A stretch of DNA of 64,000 nucleotides, taken from Verrucomicrobiia bacterium. GTDB lineage: Bacteria > Verrucomicrobiota > Verrucomicrobiia > Limisphaerales > UBA1319. The position numbers and the translations under genes are program-made. The stretch's first letter is position 1; each line of letters starts with the position of its first letter. The notes beneath the pieces were generated by a model, which saw only the letters and a program-made list of their open reading frames with translations, ran no database searches and was not told the origin of the DNA. This document shows, piece after piece, positions 19,646 to 30,314 of the stretch. The stretch covers positions 4,832,001 to 4,896,000 of the forward strand of contig OY760937.1 in assembly GCA_963664225.1 (NCBI GenBank), read 5' to 3'.

Positions 19646-21577
19646 TTATCGTTTAATGCGTCCGGCGGTGCGGGCATCCACAGCCTCGATACCCAGAGCG
19701 CGCGCGGGCGAGTTCTCGTCAAAGCGGAAATCCGCCTCCCGCCAATTCTTAAACAGAGGGTCTTCAATGCTGCTGCCTTCCGGGGCGCCTTCCAGGGTTA
19801 CCTTCTGAGTGTATTGATCCATGGCCACACGCTCGATCCGATTGGTCCCGCTATAAAAGATGTTCTTGGACCAGTTGGTGACGGCGTTCCAACCCTCGAT
19901 CCGGATTTTTCCCGTGGCATAGAAGACGTTTCTGGCAATGGTATAGTCGGTGGAGCGGGGCAGGGTGATCTTCATGTCCCCGTCATAAGCGAACATGTTG
20001 TTGCGGATGACATTATTTGTGGCCATATGATTGTGGGACGGCCAGCCGACGTTGATGGAGGTGTTTTTTTCCACGATGCAGTGCCAACTGCGTTCATCCA
20101 GGTAATAAGCGGAAGCGCCATAACCGCCCAGATCCACAAAATCCCTGGCCAGATTTCCGCGCATGATGCAATTGGTTGCGGCAAAGAGATAGATGGCCGC
20201 GCCGTCGTGGAGCACTTTCATGCAATCGTAAATCAGATTGTTTTCGATGGTGTTGGTGTTTCCTCCATAATTGATGGCGGCATAGGTGCAGTCGTGAATT
20301 TCGTTGTGACTGACTCGATTGTTGGTGCCGCCTCTGAAAATTCCAATGGCGCTGGGGAACATCAGCCCCACGCCGTGAACATGGTTGTCATAAATCATGG
20401 TGTTCACGCCGCCCACATAGATGCCACCCGCGCCGCACTGGCCCACGTCGCAATGTTCCACGCGCAGCTTGCGATCGGATTCGTGCCCCCCGTTAATGCC
20501 ATGTCCGGCCACATTCGTCACCGTGAGATGATTCAGAAAGCAGTTCTCCGTCCGTTCAAGCGCGATGGCTCCGTCAAAGGCGGCTGCACCAAAACCGCCA
20601 GCGATGAGCGGCACTGTGGTCACCGAGAAAACAAGGTCCTTGATTGTGGTGTTGCGCAATGGGAGATTCGATTTTCCTTTCAGTCGAAGAATGGTGGAGC
20701 GCGTGGGAATGATGACTTCCGCCCTGGTCATGTCCTGCCCGGGTAATGGCCAGTAAACGACTTTGGAGCGGGCCCGATCAAAATACCATTGGCCGGGCTT
20801 TTTCATTCCTTCGCGGACATTCCAAATCACATATTTGCGGACATCGAACGCGCCCGGAGGATGCCCTGTAGCCGGGGATAATTTCAAGATGGCCTTGGCG
20901 GCGTCATGGGCGATCACACCGACACAGGATTCATCCCACATGTGGTAAACGGTGATTTCGGCATTTTTGATTTCCAGTTTCGCGTTCAGATCGCCCGCTT
21001 TATATTTGAGCGTCGTCAATTCCTCTTCTGTGGGGGGGCGTTTCCATCCGCCACCAGTCGAACTCATCCACGGCACATCGAAATGGGTGACATGCTCAAA
21101 AGTGCCCGTTTCAGGGAGGCGCGCCCTGGGGCACATCCGCCCATCGACCTGCAGCAGTCGGATGTCCCAGTTGGTGTTTTTATCGACTTTTAACCCGTCG
21201 CTTTGAGCCCTGCCAGAACCAAACGGTGGAAGGCTGGCAGCGAAAAACCCATCTCCATCGGGCTGCCAGCCTTCGAGTCGGCGGCCGCCAATCAAAACGG
21301 GTGTTTCCCCCGGAGCTGCCTGGATCGTCAAATTGGAGTCCTGCGGTTCGAGAACGAGGCTGGTGTCAAAATATCGACCGCCCCGAACGATGATTTGATG
21401 CGGAGCGGAGTTGGTCGCCGAGCGCGCCGCATCGCGTGCCTGGGTGAGTGTGGCCATCGGTGCTTCTTTGGTGCCGGGCGCATCCTCCCGTCCATCGGAG
21501 GCTACGTAAAAAACGGACGATTGAGCCTCCAGCGAGAAGGCGATAAGACTCAGGCAGAGGATTTTTACAGACATCAT
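19646..21577 (-). CDS. Exported right-handed parallel beta-helix protein (GH141-like)
   Basis: Signal peptide; FYVASDG...GTKEAP N-terminus; Asn-ladder repeats; motifs DGAAIY and YYLDE. Confidence 0.8.
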   Translation of the reverse strand: MMSVKILCLSLIAFSLEAQSSVFYVASDGREDAPGTKEAPMATLTQARDAARSATNSAPHQIIVRGGRYFDTSLVLEPQDSNLTIQAAPGETPVLIGGRRLEGWQPDGDGFFAASLPPFGSGRAQSDGLKVDKNTNWDIRLLQVDGRMCPRARLPETGTFEHVTHFDVPWMSSTGGGWKRPPTEEELTTLKYKAGDLNAKLEIKNAEITVYHMWDESCVGVIAHDAAKAILKLSPATGHPPGAFDVRKYVIWNVREGMKKPGQWYFDRARSKVVYWPLPGQDMTRAEVIIPTRSTILRLKGKSNLPLRNTTIKDLVFSVTTVPLIAGGFGAAAFDGAIALERTENCFLNHLTVTNVAGHGINGGHESDRKLRVEHCDVGQCGAGGIYVGGVNTMIYDNHVHGVGLMFPSAIGIFRGGTNNRVSHNEIHDCTYAAINYGGNTNTIENNLIYDCMKVLHDGAAIYLFAATNCIMRGNLARDFVDLGGYGASAYYLDERSWHCIVEKNTSINVGWPSHNHMATNNVIRNNMFAYDGDMKITLPRSTDYTIARNVFYATGKIRIEGWNAVTNWSKNIFYSGTNRIERVAMDQYTQKVTLEGAPEGSSIEDPLFKNWREADFRFDENSPARALGIEAVDARTAGRIKR

Positions 21578-21716
21578 GAACTATTTAGACGGATCGATTC
21601 ATACCGCAAATTCAAAATTATTGATGGGAATGTTTTATTTCGAATTGCGAAGTCTTTGGGAGTGTCTAAAAATTGATACGCTGTTGAGATTCACCAAATT
21701 AATTAGGAGACCTGAT

Positions 21717-22961
21717 ATGAAACGATTCATTGCACTGTTGAGTTTGTGCCTTGCGCCCGCATTGGCTCAAAGCGTGGCTGCGGCCAATGGGGATTGGGCA
21801 CAGTGGCGCGGTCCGCTCAGGAGCGGAGTTTCGAGCGAGACGGGCCTGCTCAAGCAATGGCCTGCCGAGGGACCGGCGCTGGTCTGGAAGGCCACCGGCA
21901 TTGGAGGTGGATATTCCAGTGTCGCGGTTGCCGAAGGGCGCATTTACACCCTGGGCGAGGACAAGGACGCCTCCTATTTGCGGGCGATGAATGCCCAGGA
22001 TGGAAAAATTCTCTGGTCGGTGAAAATTGGCAAGGCCGGCGTAACGGGTTGGGGTGGCTTCTCCGGACCTCGTAGCACCCCTACCATCGACGGTGATAAT
22101 ATCTATTGCCTGGGTCATTTCGGCGATCTGGTCTGCGTATCTGCGGATGGGAAAGTGGTCTGGCAAAAGAACCTCGTCACCGATTTCGGCGGCGCACTTC
22201 CCGAATGGGGCTTTGCGGAATCGCCCCTGGTGGATGGCGGCAAAGTGCTCTGCACACCGGGCGGCGACCAGGGCAGCGTCATTGCTCTGGATAAAAAAAC
22301 CGGAGAAACGCTGTGGCGCACTAAAGAGATCACGGACAAGGCGCATTACGCCTCGATCATTCTGGAGACCATTGATGGCGTGCGGCAATACATCCAGTTA
22401 ACCGATGCGACCCTGATGGGCCTGGCCGGGGATGGCAAGGTGCTGTGGCGCGCGAAAAGAGAGGGCAAAACCGCCGTCATTCCGACACCGGTTTATTTTG
22501 ATCATCATGTCTTCGTGACCTCGGGCTACGAAGCAGGCTGCAATCTTTTCAAAATCACCAAAACGGATGCCGGATTTTCGGCGGAGCAGGTCTATGCCAG
22601 CAAGGATTTCATGAACCATCATGGCGGTGTGGTGCAGGTGGGGGAATATGTCTATGGACATTCCGACCGCAAAGGCTGGATGTGCCAGGAGATCAAGACC
22701 GGCAAGATCATGTGGAGCGAAAAGGAAAAGTTGCGCAAAGGGTCCATCTGCGCGGCGGATGGGTTTCTATATCTGCGCGCCGAGGATGAAAAAGGAACCG
22801 TGGCTCTTGTCGAAGCCAGCCCGGCGGGTTTTGTGGAGAAGGGGCGTTTCGATCAGCCCGATCGCAGCAACAAGAATAGCTGGCCGCACCCGGTGATCGC
22901 CAATGGCCGCCTTTATCTGCGCGACCAGGATCTGTTGCTCTGTTACGAGCTGAAAAAGTAA
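21717..22961 (+). CDS. PQQ-like beta-propeller repeat protein (BamB-like)
   Basis: Signal peptide; DWAQWRGP, repeated G...W blades and WPHPVIANGRLYLRD; RBS ggaga upstream. Confidence 0.88.
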   Translation: MKRFIALLSLCLAPALAQSVAAANGDWAQWRGPLRSGVSSETGLLKQWPAEGPALVWKATGIGGGYSSVAVAEGRIYTLGEDKDASYLRAMNAQDGKILWSVKIGKAGVTGWGGFSGPRSTPTIDGDNIYCLGHFGDLVCVSADGKVVWQKNLVTDFGGALPEWGFAESPLVDGGKVLCTPGGDQGSVIALDKKTGETLWRTKEITDKAHYASIILETIDGVRQYIQLTDATLMGLAGDGKVLWRAKREGKTAVIPTPVYFDHHVFVTSGYEAGCNLFKITKTDAGFSAEQVYASKDFMNHHGGVVQVGEYVYGHSDRKGWMCQEIKTGKIMWSEKEKLRKGSICAADGFLYLRAEDEKGTVALVEASPAGFVEKGRFDQPDRSNKNSWPHPVIANGRLYLRDQDLLLCYELKK

Positions 22962-22986
22962 CGAAGAATCGAATTCTTACGAATGG

Positions 22987-23023
22987 GGCTGTTGCGGATA
23001 GAGATCGGCAACAGCCTTTTTTT
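22987..23023 (+). terminator. Intrinsic terminator
   Basis: ggctgttgc...gcaacagcc stem followed by a T run. Confidence 0.75.
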
Positions 23024-23085
23024 CTGGACAGTCATCGCTGGGAGCTGTGCTATGGTGGGGAACACAGATTACTGAACCACTTGCC

Positions 23086-24450
23086 ATGAGTATGAACATC
23101 GATAATGCCTCGTCGCGCCGGGATTTCATTAAAACCACCGGTCAGATTGTTGCCGTCTCCGCGCTCGCGGGCGTGCCGTTGCCGCAGGTGCATGCGGCGG
23201 GGAGCGACGAGATCCAGGTGGCACTCGTTGGCTGTGGCGGCCGGGGCACTGGCGCCGCCTCCCAGGCGTTATCGACCAGGAGCGGCCCTATCAAATTGGT
23301 GGCCATGGCGGATGTTTTTGAGAAGAGAATGTCCGGCAGCTATGCCGAGCTGAAAAAGAATCACGCCAGCCAGGTGGAGGTGCCCGAGGATCGCAAATTC
23401 CTCGGTTTTGATGCTTACAAAAAGGCGATGGATTGTCTCAAGCCGGGCGACGTGGTGATTTTTGCAACTCCTCCGGCGTTTCGCTGGGTGCATTTCCAAT
23501 ATGCGATTGAGAAGAACCTGAACGTCTTCATGGAAAAACCCGTCACGGTGGATGCTCCAACGACGCGCAAAATGCTCGAATTGGCAGGGGAATCCGAAAA
23601 GAAAAATCTCAAGGTGGGCGTGGGTCTGATGATCCGGCACTGCAAAGGGCGCAAAGAGCTTTATCAGCGGATCAAGGACGGCGAGATCGGAGATATCATG
23701 ATGCTCCGCGCCTACCGGATGCACGGGCCTGGAGGAAACGCAGGTCCACGTCCGGAGGGCATGTCGGAACTTCTCTACCAGGTGCAGAAGTTTCATAGTT
23801 TTCTCTGGTCCAGCGGCGGCGTCTTCAGCGACTACTACATTCACCAGATCGACGAATGCTGCTGGATGAAAGATGCCTGGCCGGTAAAGGCCCAAGCCAC
23901 TGGAGGGCGTCACTTTCGTGGGAAATCCCTGGATCAGAATTTCGACAATTACGCTGTGGAATACACTTTTCCAGACGGAACCAAATTCTTTTATTACGGA
24001 CGTAACATGGTGGGCTGCCATGAGGAATTTGCGAGCTACGCCCACGGCACCAAGGGTTCGGCCATCGTCACCACCTCCAGCCATGTTCCCGGCAAGGTGC
24101 GCACGTTCAAGGGCCAGAACCTCACACCGGAAAACATGCTTTGGGCATTCCCTCAACCTGAACTTAATCCCTACCAATTGGAATGGAACGACTTGATCGA
24201 AGCGATCCGCAACGACAAGCCTTATAACGAGGTCAAGCGCGGCGCGATGGCCAGCCTGATCACCTCCATGGGCCGCATGGCGGCTCACACGGGCCAGGAG
24301 ATTACTCTGGATCAAATGATGAGCGGCCAGCACGAGTTTGCTCCCACCGTCGATCAATTTACAATGACCTCTCCTGCGCCCATCGAGGCCGGACCCGATG
24401 GCAAATATCCCGTGCCTGAACCGGGGATCAAACAGGATCGAGAGTATTAA
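23086..24450 (+). CDS. Gfo/Idh/MocA oxidoreductase with Tat signal
   Basis: Tat motif SRRDFIK; motifs VGCGGRGTGA, ATPPAFR and FMEKPV. Confidence 0.9.
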   Translation: MSMNIDNASSRRDFIKTTGQIVAVSALAGVPLPQVHAAGSDEIQVALVGCGGRGTGAASQALSTRSGPIKLVAMADVFEKRMSGSYAELKKNHASQVEVPEDRKFLGFDAYKKAMDCLKPGDVVIFATPPAFRWVHFQYAIEKNLNVFMEKPVTVDAPTTRKMLELAGESEKKNLKVGVGLMIRHCKGRKELYQRIKDGEIGDIMMLRAYRMHGPGGNAGPRPEGMSELLYQVQKFHSFLWSSGGVFSDYYIHQIDECCWMKDAWPVKAQATGGRHFRGKSLDQNFDNYAVEYTFPDGTKFFYYGRNMVGCHEEFASYAHGTKGSAIVTTSSHVPGKVRTFKGQNLTPENMLWAFPQPELNPYQLEWNDLIEAIRNDKPYNEVKRGAMASLITSMGRMAAHTGQEITLDQMMSGQHEFAPTVDQFTMTSPAPIEAGPDGKYPVPEPGIKQDREY

Positions 24451-24697
24451 CCCCCTGATACCGGGCTGCGGAGTCGCAGATCGTGAAAAAATTGCGCGTG
24501 TTCCTCACGGCAGCGATCTGCATTGACGCGACGATTTATCGCGCTTCGGAATAATCTTTGAAAACAGCCGCTGCAAGGTTTATGTTCTCACGCTTTGAAC
24601 AGGATTTCCTCATGATGTAAATCATGGCATTGAGTCCGGGTGAACTGAAACGTGTTTCTTTGAATGAGCTTCCGGGTGTGCCCTGCGGGAATTGGAA

Positions 24698-25555
24698 ATG
24701 AACGAGAGCAATAACAGCGATGCGTTGGGGGATGTTTCCGAGTCGGATGCTGACCCCCTTCCTGCGGACGATAGGCAACGCCACGATTTTAGTGTGAGTC
24801 GTAGCGGTCGTCGGCGCCTGGATCAGGCCATGGTGGAACAGGGTTTGTGCGAGAGTCGTGAAAAGGCCAAAAGAGCGATCCTCGCGGGACAGGTGCGGGT
24901 GAATCAGCAGGTGGCCCGCAAACCCAGCGACAGTGTGAAATTGACTGATGTGGTCGTGCTGGAAGCCCTGGACCGCTATGTCAGCCGTGGCGGTCACAAA
25001 CTGGAAGGCGCATTACGCGGCTTCGAATTCAAAGTGGAAGGCATGACGGCGGTGGACATTGGAGCTTCCACTGGTGGTTTCACCGATTGCCTGTTGCAGC
25101 ATGGGGCCGTCAGGGTTTATGCGGTGGATGTGGGCACCGGACAACTGGCCTGGAAATTGCGACAGGACCCGCGGGTTGTTGTGATGGAGAAGACCAATGC
25201 GCGCGCGCTGCATGAGGGATCGTTTCCACCGCCTTTTGTACCGGTCGATCTGGTCGTGATCGATTGCTCGTTCATTTCCTTGCGACTATTGCTGCCTGCG
25301 GCTAAAAATATTTTGCGCGTGCATGGCACGATTCTTGCCCTCATTAAACCTCAATTCGAGGCCGGAAAGCTCGAGGTGGATCGGGGGCAGGGCGTGATAA
25401 GGGACCCGGATATTCACCGGCGGGTGATTGGGGAGCTTGAGGCTTTTGTTCGCGAACAGGGACACCTCGAATGGTTGGGCGTTGTGGAATCGCCCTTGCT
25501 GGGACCGGCGGGCAACAAAGAATTCTTGGTGAAAATTGAAAAAACTGGCGCATAA
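24698..25555 (+). CDS. tlyA: TlyA-family rRNA 2'-O-methyltransferase
   Basis: S4 domain RLDQ..VEQGL..SRE; motifs YVSRGGHKL, DIGASTGGFTD, LIKPQFE and GNKEFL. Confidence 0.92.
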   Translation: MNESNNSDALGDVSESDADPLPADDRQRHDFSVSRSGRRRLDQAMVEQGLCESREKAKRAILAGQVRVNQQVARKPSDSVKLTDVVVLEALDRYVSRGGHKLEGALRGFEFKVEGMTAVDIGASTGGFTDCLLQHGAVRVYAVDVGTGQLAWKLRQDPRVVVMEKTNARALHEGSFPPPFVPVDLVVIDCSFISLRLLLPAAKNILRVHGTILALIKPQFEAGKLEVDRGQGVIRDPDIHRRVIGELEAFVREQGHLEWLGVVESPLLGPAGNKEFLVKIEKTGA

Positions 25556-26426
25556 AATCGAGCGGGTCGGGCTGATTGTCAATCCGGACAAGGCGGTGTG
25601 CCGTTCGGTGGTCAAGACCGCCTCAAATCTGATTGCCGATGGCGGGCGAAAGGTGATGGCGGACGAGGCTACGGCGCGGATGGCGAATCTTAAAACCGGC
25701 GTGGTCAGCGATGCCGCCGCATTGGCCCGTGAGGCGGACTTGCTGTTGGTTTTTGGCGGGGACGGTACGATGCTGCGCGTGGCCCGCGAGGTTGCGGGTG
25801 TGGACACCCCGATTCTGGGCATCAACATTGGAGGCCTGGGTTTCTTAACAGCAGTGCCATCCAGTCAATTGCAGGCGGCTCTGAGAATGGTCTGGGCTGG
25901 TGAATTTGAATTGGAATCGCGGCACTTGATATGCGCCATGGGAATGGCCCAGGGTGCGAATATCGACCAGGTGGCCCTGAACGATTTTGTGATCGGGCGC
26001 ATTGCCGCTTCCCGCATGATCGAGCTGGAAGTCCGCGTGGACGGTCTTGAACTGACCTGCTACCGTTGCGATGGATTGATTGTGAGTTCTCCCACCGGTT
26101 CCACGGCTTATTCGCTCTCGGCGGGTGGCGCCGTGGTGTGTCCCAACGCCGAGGTTCTGACCATTACCCCCATTTGCCCCCACACGTTGTCCAATCGCTC
26201 CGTGGTGGTGAGTCTTAATTCCCGCGTGCAAGTTAAGGCTATTAGTCATAGATTGGAGATGACATTGACCGCCGATGGTCAGGTCCAGACATCGTTGTGC
26301 GCGGGGGATGAGATAACGATCGGGCGCAGTCCCAGGGCAGTGAGCCTGATGCACCTTGCGGGAAGCTCTTTTTTTGCGACATTGCGGCAGAAGCTGAACT
26401 GGAGCGGTTCCAGTTTGCATGTATGA
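25536..26426 (+). CDS. nadK: NAD kinase
   Basis: Motifs GGDGTML, LND, DGLIVSSPTGSTAYSLSAGG and PICPH; TTG start overlaps tlyA. Confidence 0.93.
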   Translation: MKKLAHKIERVGLIVNPDKAVCRSVVKTASNLIADGGRKVMADEATARMANLKTGVVSDAAALAREADLLLVFGGDGTMLRVAREVAGVDTPILGINIGGLGFLTAVPSSQLQAALRMVWAGEFELESRHLICAMGMAQGANIDQVALNDFVIGRIAASRMIELEVRVDGLELTCYRCDGLIVSSPTGSTAYSLSAGGAVVCPNAEVLTITPICPHTLSNRSVVVSLNSRVQVKAISHRLEMTLTADGQVQTSLCAGDEITIGRSPRAVSLMHLAGSSFFATLRQKLNWSGSSLHV

Positions 26427-27451
26427 TTCGACTTAAAGATATAGCTGAAAAGGCGGGCGTCTCGGTAATGACGGTTTCCAAAGTACTGCGAGACGCGCCG
26501 GATATTGCCGCGGGCACGAAGGCCCGCATTCGTTTGCTGGCCACCCAGATGGGCTATGTGCCCGACACGATGGCGCAGGGTTTGCGTACGCGCAAAACCA
26601 AGCTGTTGGGGTTGGTTTATTCCGCCATCACCAATCCAGTCTTTCCACGTATTCAACTCGCGGTGGAGGATTGCGCCTTGCAGGCTGGTTACGATCTGGC
26701 CATCGGTCACTCCCTCAACGATCCTCAGCGTGAGGCGATGATCATTCATCGCATGATGTCCCGGCGCGTCGATGGTCTGATCCTCTCGCCATATTACCGG
26801 ATGGCCGATTCAGTTCCAATCTTCGATGAATTGCTCGCAAGCGCCATTCCCACGGTCATTATCGGACAACGTCGCAATTTTTGCAGCCAGTTTCCAAACG
26901 TGGAAATCGACGATTTGCAGGGCGGCCTCCTGGCCATGCGGCATTTGATTGGATTGGGTCACCGGCGAATCGCGTTTTTTGCCGGAATGAGTGTGGTTCC
27001 CTCGTCGCAGGAGCGATTGGAAGGGTATCACAGGGCGTTGCGTGAGGCCCAGATTGAGCCGGACGACCGGCTCGTTTTCAACGCCGGCGGCACCATTGAG
27101 GAAGGTCGGAAGGCAGCCGAACAATTCCTCGCTGAAGCCCCGGGCGCCACGGCGGTATTGGCCGTCAACGATTTGGTTGCCATGGGAGCGGGCACCCTGT
27201 TTTTAGAAAGAGGATTGAAAATTCCCGAAGATATCTCGCTCGTCGGATTTGGAAATGTGCTGGCCAGCGAATATTTTCGAGTGCCGTTGACCACTCTTTC
27301 CCAACCCAAGCACCGGGTCGGCTGTGCCGCTGTTGAGTCCCTGATGCAGTTGATCCGTGGGGAAAAACCCGAAACCCGGCGTTTGCCCATGGAATTAACG
27401 GTGAGATCCAGCACCGCACCACCGAAACCTGCGTCAGCTCCCGCTAATTAA
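26423..27451 (+). CDS. LacI-family transcriptional regulator
   Basis: HTH LKDIAEKAGVSVMTVSKVL; motifs IPEDISLVGF and PLTT. Confidence 0.92.
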   Translation: MIRLKDIAEKAGVSVMTVSKVLRDAPDIAAGTKARIRLLATQMGYVPDTMAQGLRTRKTKLLGLVYSAITNPVFPRIQLAVEDCALQAGYDLAIGHSLNDPQREAMIIHRMMSRRVDGLILSPYYRMADSVPIFDELLASAIPTVIIGQRRNFCSQFPNVEIDDLQGGLLAMRHLIGLGHRRIAFFAGMSVVPSSQERLEGYHRALREAQIEPDDRLVFNAGGTIEEGRKAAEQFLAEAPGATAVLAVNDLVAMGAGTLFLERGLKIPEDISLVGFGNVLASEYFRVPLTTLSQPKHRVGCAAVESLMQLIRGEKPETRRLPMELTVRSSTAPPKPASAPAN

Positions 27452-27532
27452 AGGTGCCGCGCGCGCGCTATGTGAACCAAAATTCAGTTCTCCACCGCTT
27501 GTATTTTACACTCGCGGCGGTATGATCCGCCC

Positions 27533-28003
27533 ATGCGTTGGCTCAAAACGATCTTGATATTAGTGTGTTTGTCCCTGGGTGTGGCGCTGTCACAGGCGGC
27601 CACGGAGGGTAAAGTCATCAAGGTGCTACCACACTTTTTGGACCTTGAAGGACGGCACACCCTGAATCCCAGTTTATATGAGCGGGACGCGTATCAGGCG
27701 CATTTGAGAAAAACTCCCGCGGAACAGTCCGGAATCCGCTACGACATCCAATGGCGCGCTCGCGGAATGAAAGACCGCAACGTCCTTCTACGCCTGGAAG
27801 TCCATGCCGGCAAAGGCAACTCCGCCAAACCGATCGTCGTCGAAAAATCGCTCAAACCGCGAACTCGATTCAGCCGCTGGTCGGCGCTACAGATCGACGG
27901 CGCGCAGTATAAAAACATGGGAGCCATCATTTCCTGGCGCGTGACTCTTTGGGACGATGGTCACATGATTGGCGAGCAACGCTCCTTCATGTGGCAGGAA
28001 TAA
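27533..28003 (+). CDS. Hypothetical exported protein
   Basis: Signal peptide; ends WRVTLW...EQRSFMW. Confidence 0.7.
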   Translation: MRWLKTILILVCLSLGVALSQAATEGKVIKVLPHFLDLEGRHTLNPSLYERDAYQAHLRKTPAEQSGIRYDIQWRARGMKDRNVLLRLEVHAGKGNSAKPIVVEKSLKPRTRFSRWSALQIDGAQYKNMGAIISWRVTLWDDGHMIGEQRSFMWQE

Positions 28004-28026
28004 CCAACGGCGCGGTTAAATAATAA

Positions 28027-29385
28027 TCACCACGATTTCTCGATTTCCTCAAGCGTGCGACCTTTGGTTTCCGGCACAAAGAAGACCGTGAATACGATGG
28101 TGAGCGCGCACATGGCTGAATAGATCCAGAAGGTTTTCGCGCTGCCCAGCGTCTCGACCATCACCAGAAACGTCTGAGAGACCAGGTAACACGCTCCCCA
28201 GAGTGTTACAATCGCGAAAGACATGGCGCGTCCGCGTGTGCGAGTGGGAAAGATTTCCGCGATCATCACCCAAACCACCACGCCCATGGAAACCGAGAAG
28301 CTGCCGACATAAGCCATGATCAATCCCAATAGCACGATGCCGTGAACACCCGTGTGAAAGGCGTATCCGACGAGCAGCAGTGCAATGCCCATGCTCGCGC
28401 TGCCCCAGATCAACAATGGTTTGCGCCCAAATCGATCCACCAGGGTCATTGAAATCAGCGTGAAAATAACGTTATTCAAGCCGATCCACACCGTATCGTT
28501 GAAGGCTGCCGCGGCGCCGGAACCGGCCTGCTTGAAGATTTCGGGCGCGAAATACATGATCGCGTTGATGCCGGTGATTTGCTGAAAAACCGCGAGCAGC
28601 ACGCCTATGACCATGGCTTTGCGAAGACCCGGTTTGAAGAGTTCGCCGATGGTACCTTCCTCCTGGTTGATGGCCTCGGTTATTTGGGTCATCTCACGGC
28701 TTGCCTCAACGTCTCCGACAATCCGAACCAGGATGCCTTTGGCTTTTTCGGCCTGGCCATTCTGCGTCAGCCAGCGGGGGCTTTCAGGCACCGGCAGCAA
28801 CAGCACCCAGAAAACCAGGGCTGGCAGCGCGCCAATCCCGAACATCCAACGCCATTTTACGGGATCGCTCAAGGCGGTGTTCAGCACCAGGCTGTTCGTG
28901 AAAAACGCGGCCAATATGCCGGTGACAATGGCCAACTGTTGCAAAGCCACCAGGCGTCCCCGAATTTTCGGCGGTGAGATTTCAGCAATATAAAGGGGTG
29001 AAAGGATTGAGGCGATTCCGATGCCGACGCCGCCAAGCAGTCGCGCCGAAACAAGTTCGGCGACGGTGCGAGAGAGTCCGCAGCCAATGGCTGAGAGCGT
29101 GAAGCAGATGGCTGAGAGGATGAGGATCTTCTTGCGGCCATAACGATCGCTTAGCACGCCGGCCCCGGCCGCTCCGATCATGCACCCCACCAGCGCCGAA
29201 CTCGCCACCCAACCCGTCATGGCCGCCGAGAGATCGAATTCCTTGCGGAAGAATCCGACTGTTCCAGAGATCACGGCCGTATCAAAGCCAAAGAGCAAAC
29301 CACCCGTGGCGGCCACCAGGCTGATCAGGATGAGAAACAACAGACTGCCTGTCGCTGTTTTGGATTCCAATGTGGCGGTCGTCAT
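28027..29385 (-). CDS. Sugar porter family MFS transporter (XylE/GalP-like)
   Basis: Motifs GGLLFGFDTAVISG, DRYGRK, PESPRWL, QQITGINAIMY and PETKGRTLEEI. Confidence 0.93.
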   Translation of the reverse strand: MTTATLESKTATGSLLFLILISLVAATGGLLFGFDTAVISGTVGFFRKEFDLSAAMTGWVASSALVGCMIGAAGAGVLSDRYGRKKILILSAICFTLSAIGCGLSRTVAELVSARLLGGVGIGIASILSPLYIAEISPPKIRGRLVALQQLAIVTGILAAFFTNSLVLNTALSDPVKWRWMFGIGALPALVFWVLLLPVPESPRWLTQNGQAEKAKGILVRIVGDVEASREMTQITEAINQEEGTIGELFKPGLRKAMVIGVLLAVFQQITGINAIMYFAPEIFKQAGSGAAAAFNDTVWIGLNNVIFTLISMTLVDRFGRKPLLIWGSASMGIALLLVGYAFHTGVHGIVLLGLIMAYVGSFSVSMGVVVWVMIAEIFPTRTRGRAMSFAIVTLWGACYLVSQTFLVMVETLGSAKTFWIYSAMCALTIVFTVFFVPETKGRTLEEIEKSW

Positions 29386-29426
29386 AATGTCCTGTGTGGT
29401 TTTAAACTGAATCGGTCTTTTGGAAC

Positions 29427-30314
29427 TTAGGGTTTGGCGTCCATGAATCCCTGAACTTTGAGCCAGTAAAGGCAATCCGCCGTCCAGGGATGTCCGTTGC
29501 CCAGGCCCATTCCGTGACCGCCTTTTTGATAGATGTGGAGGTCAAACGGAACCCCGGCCTTTCGCATGGCGCTGGCAAAATCCAGGCTGTTTTCCACTTT
29601 AACGGCGTCATCCTCCCAGGTATGCCAGATGAAGCAGGGGGGCGTGGACGCGGTGACCTGCTTTTCGTTGGAGAGCAGTTCGATGTCCGCAGCCGAAGGA
29701 GTTTTGCCAAGCAGGTTCTCGCGTGACCCGAAATGGGTATTGGGCCCCATGCTGATCACCGCATAGCAAAGAATGCCCAGGTCAGGACGGGAGCTTTCCC
29801 GATCGATGGGATCTATGGCGGCAGAATCGCCCGCATCGAAATGAGTCAGGAGGGTGGAGGCCAGGTGGCCGCCTGCCGAGGAACCCATGATGCCGATGCG
29901 TTTCGGATCGATTTTCCAGTTCGCGGCGTTGTGGCGGACCATGCGAACGGCCCGGGCGGCGTCCTGGAGCATGACCGGATGTCGGTAGCCTGCGGAGCCT
30001 AATCGGTATTTGAGCACGAAACCGGTGATGCCGTTTTGATTGAGCCAGACAGCGTAGCCTTCGCCTTCATGCCCGGCCAGACCGCCGTAACCCCCGCCAG
30101 GGCAGATGACGATGGACGCACCGGTGGACTTGGTGGGATCGGGCCGATAGACCGTGAGCGTGGGAATATCCCTGGCGTCAGTCCCCAGCGCGCCCGGGGC
30201 TTTATCCGGCCAAAGAGGTTGGGGTTGTTCTGTTTCCGCGAAAATTGTTGTCGCCGCCATGAACATGGCACAACCCATGCCGGCAAGTCCGGCAAGCAAT
30301 ACGAGGTGTTTCAT
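29427..30314 (-). CDS. Exported alpha/beta hydrolase (acetyl xylan/feruloyl esterase-like)
   Basis: Motifs CPGGGY, GSSAGGHL (nucleophile elbow) and GGHGMG; signal peptide. Confidence 0.85.
   Translation of the reverse strand: MKHLVLLAGLAGMGCAMFMAATTIFAETEQPQPLWPDKAPGALGTDARDIPTLTVYRPDPTKSTGASIVICPGGGYGGLAGHEGEGYAVWLNQNGITGFVLKYRLGSAGYRHPVMLQDAARAVRMVRHNAANWKIDPKRIGIMGSSAGGHLASTLLTHFDAGDSAAIDPIDRESSRPDLGILCYAVISMGPNTHFGSRENLLGKTPSAADIELLSNEKQVTASTPPCFIWHTWEDDAVKVENSLDFASAMRKAGVPFDLHIYQKGGHGMGLGNGHPWTADCLYWLKVQGFMDAKP

Noticed and set aside
19592..20746. Long antisense ORFs (for example 19592-20746, 23269-24357, 33118-34185, 55842-57113, 57538-58782)
   Set aside because: They are shadow frames opposite well-supported genes, as expected in GC-rich DNA.
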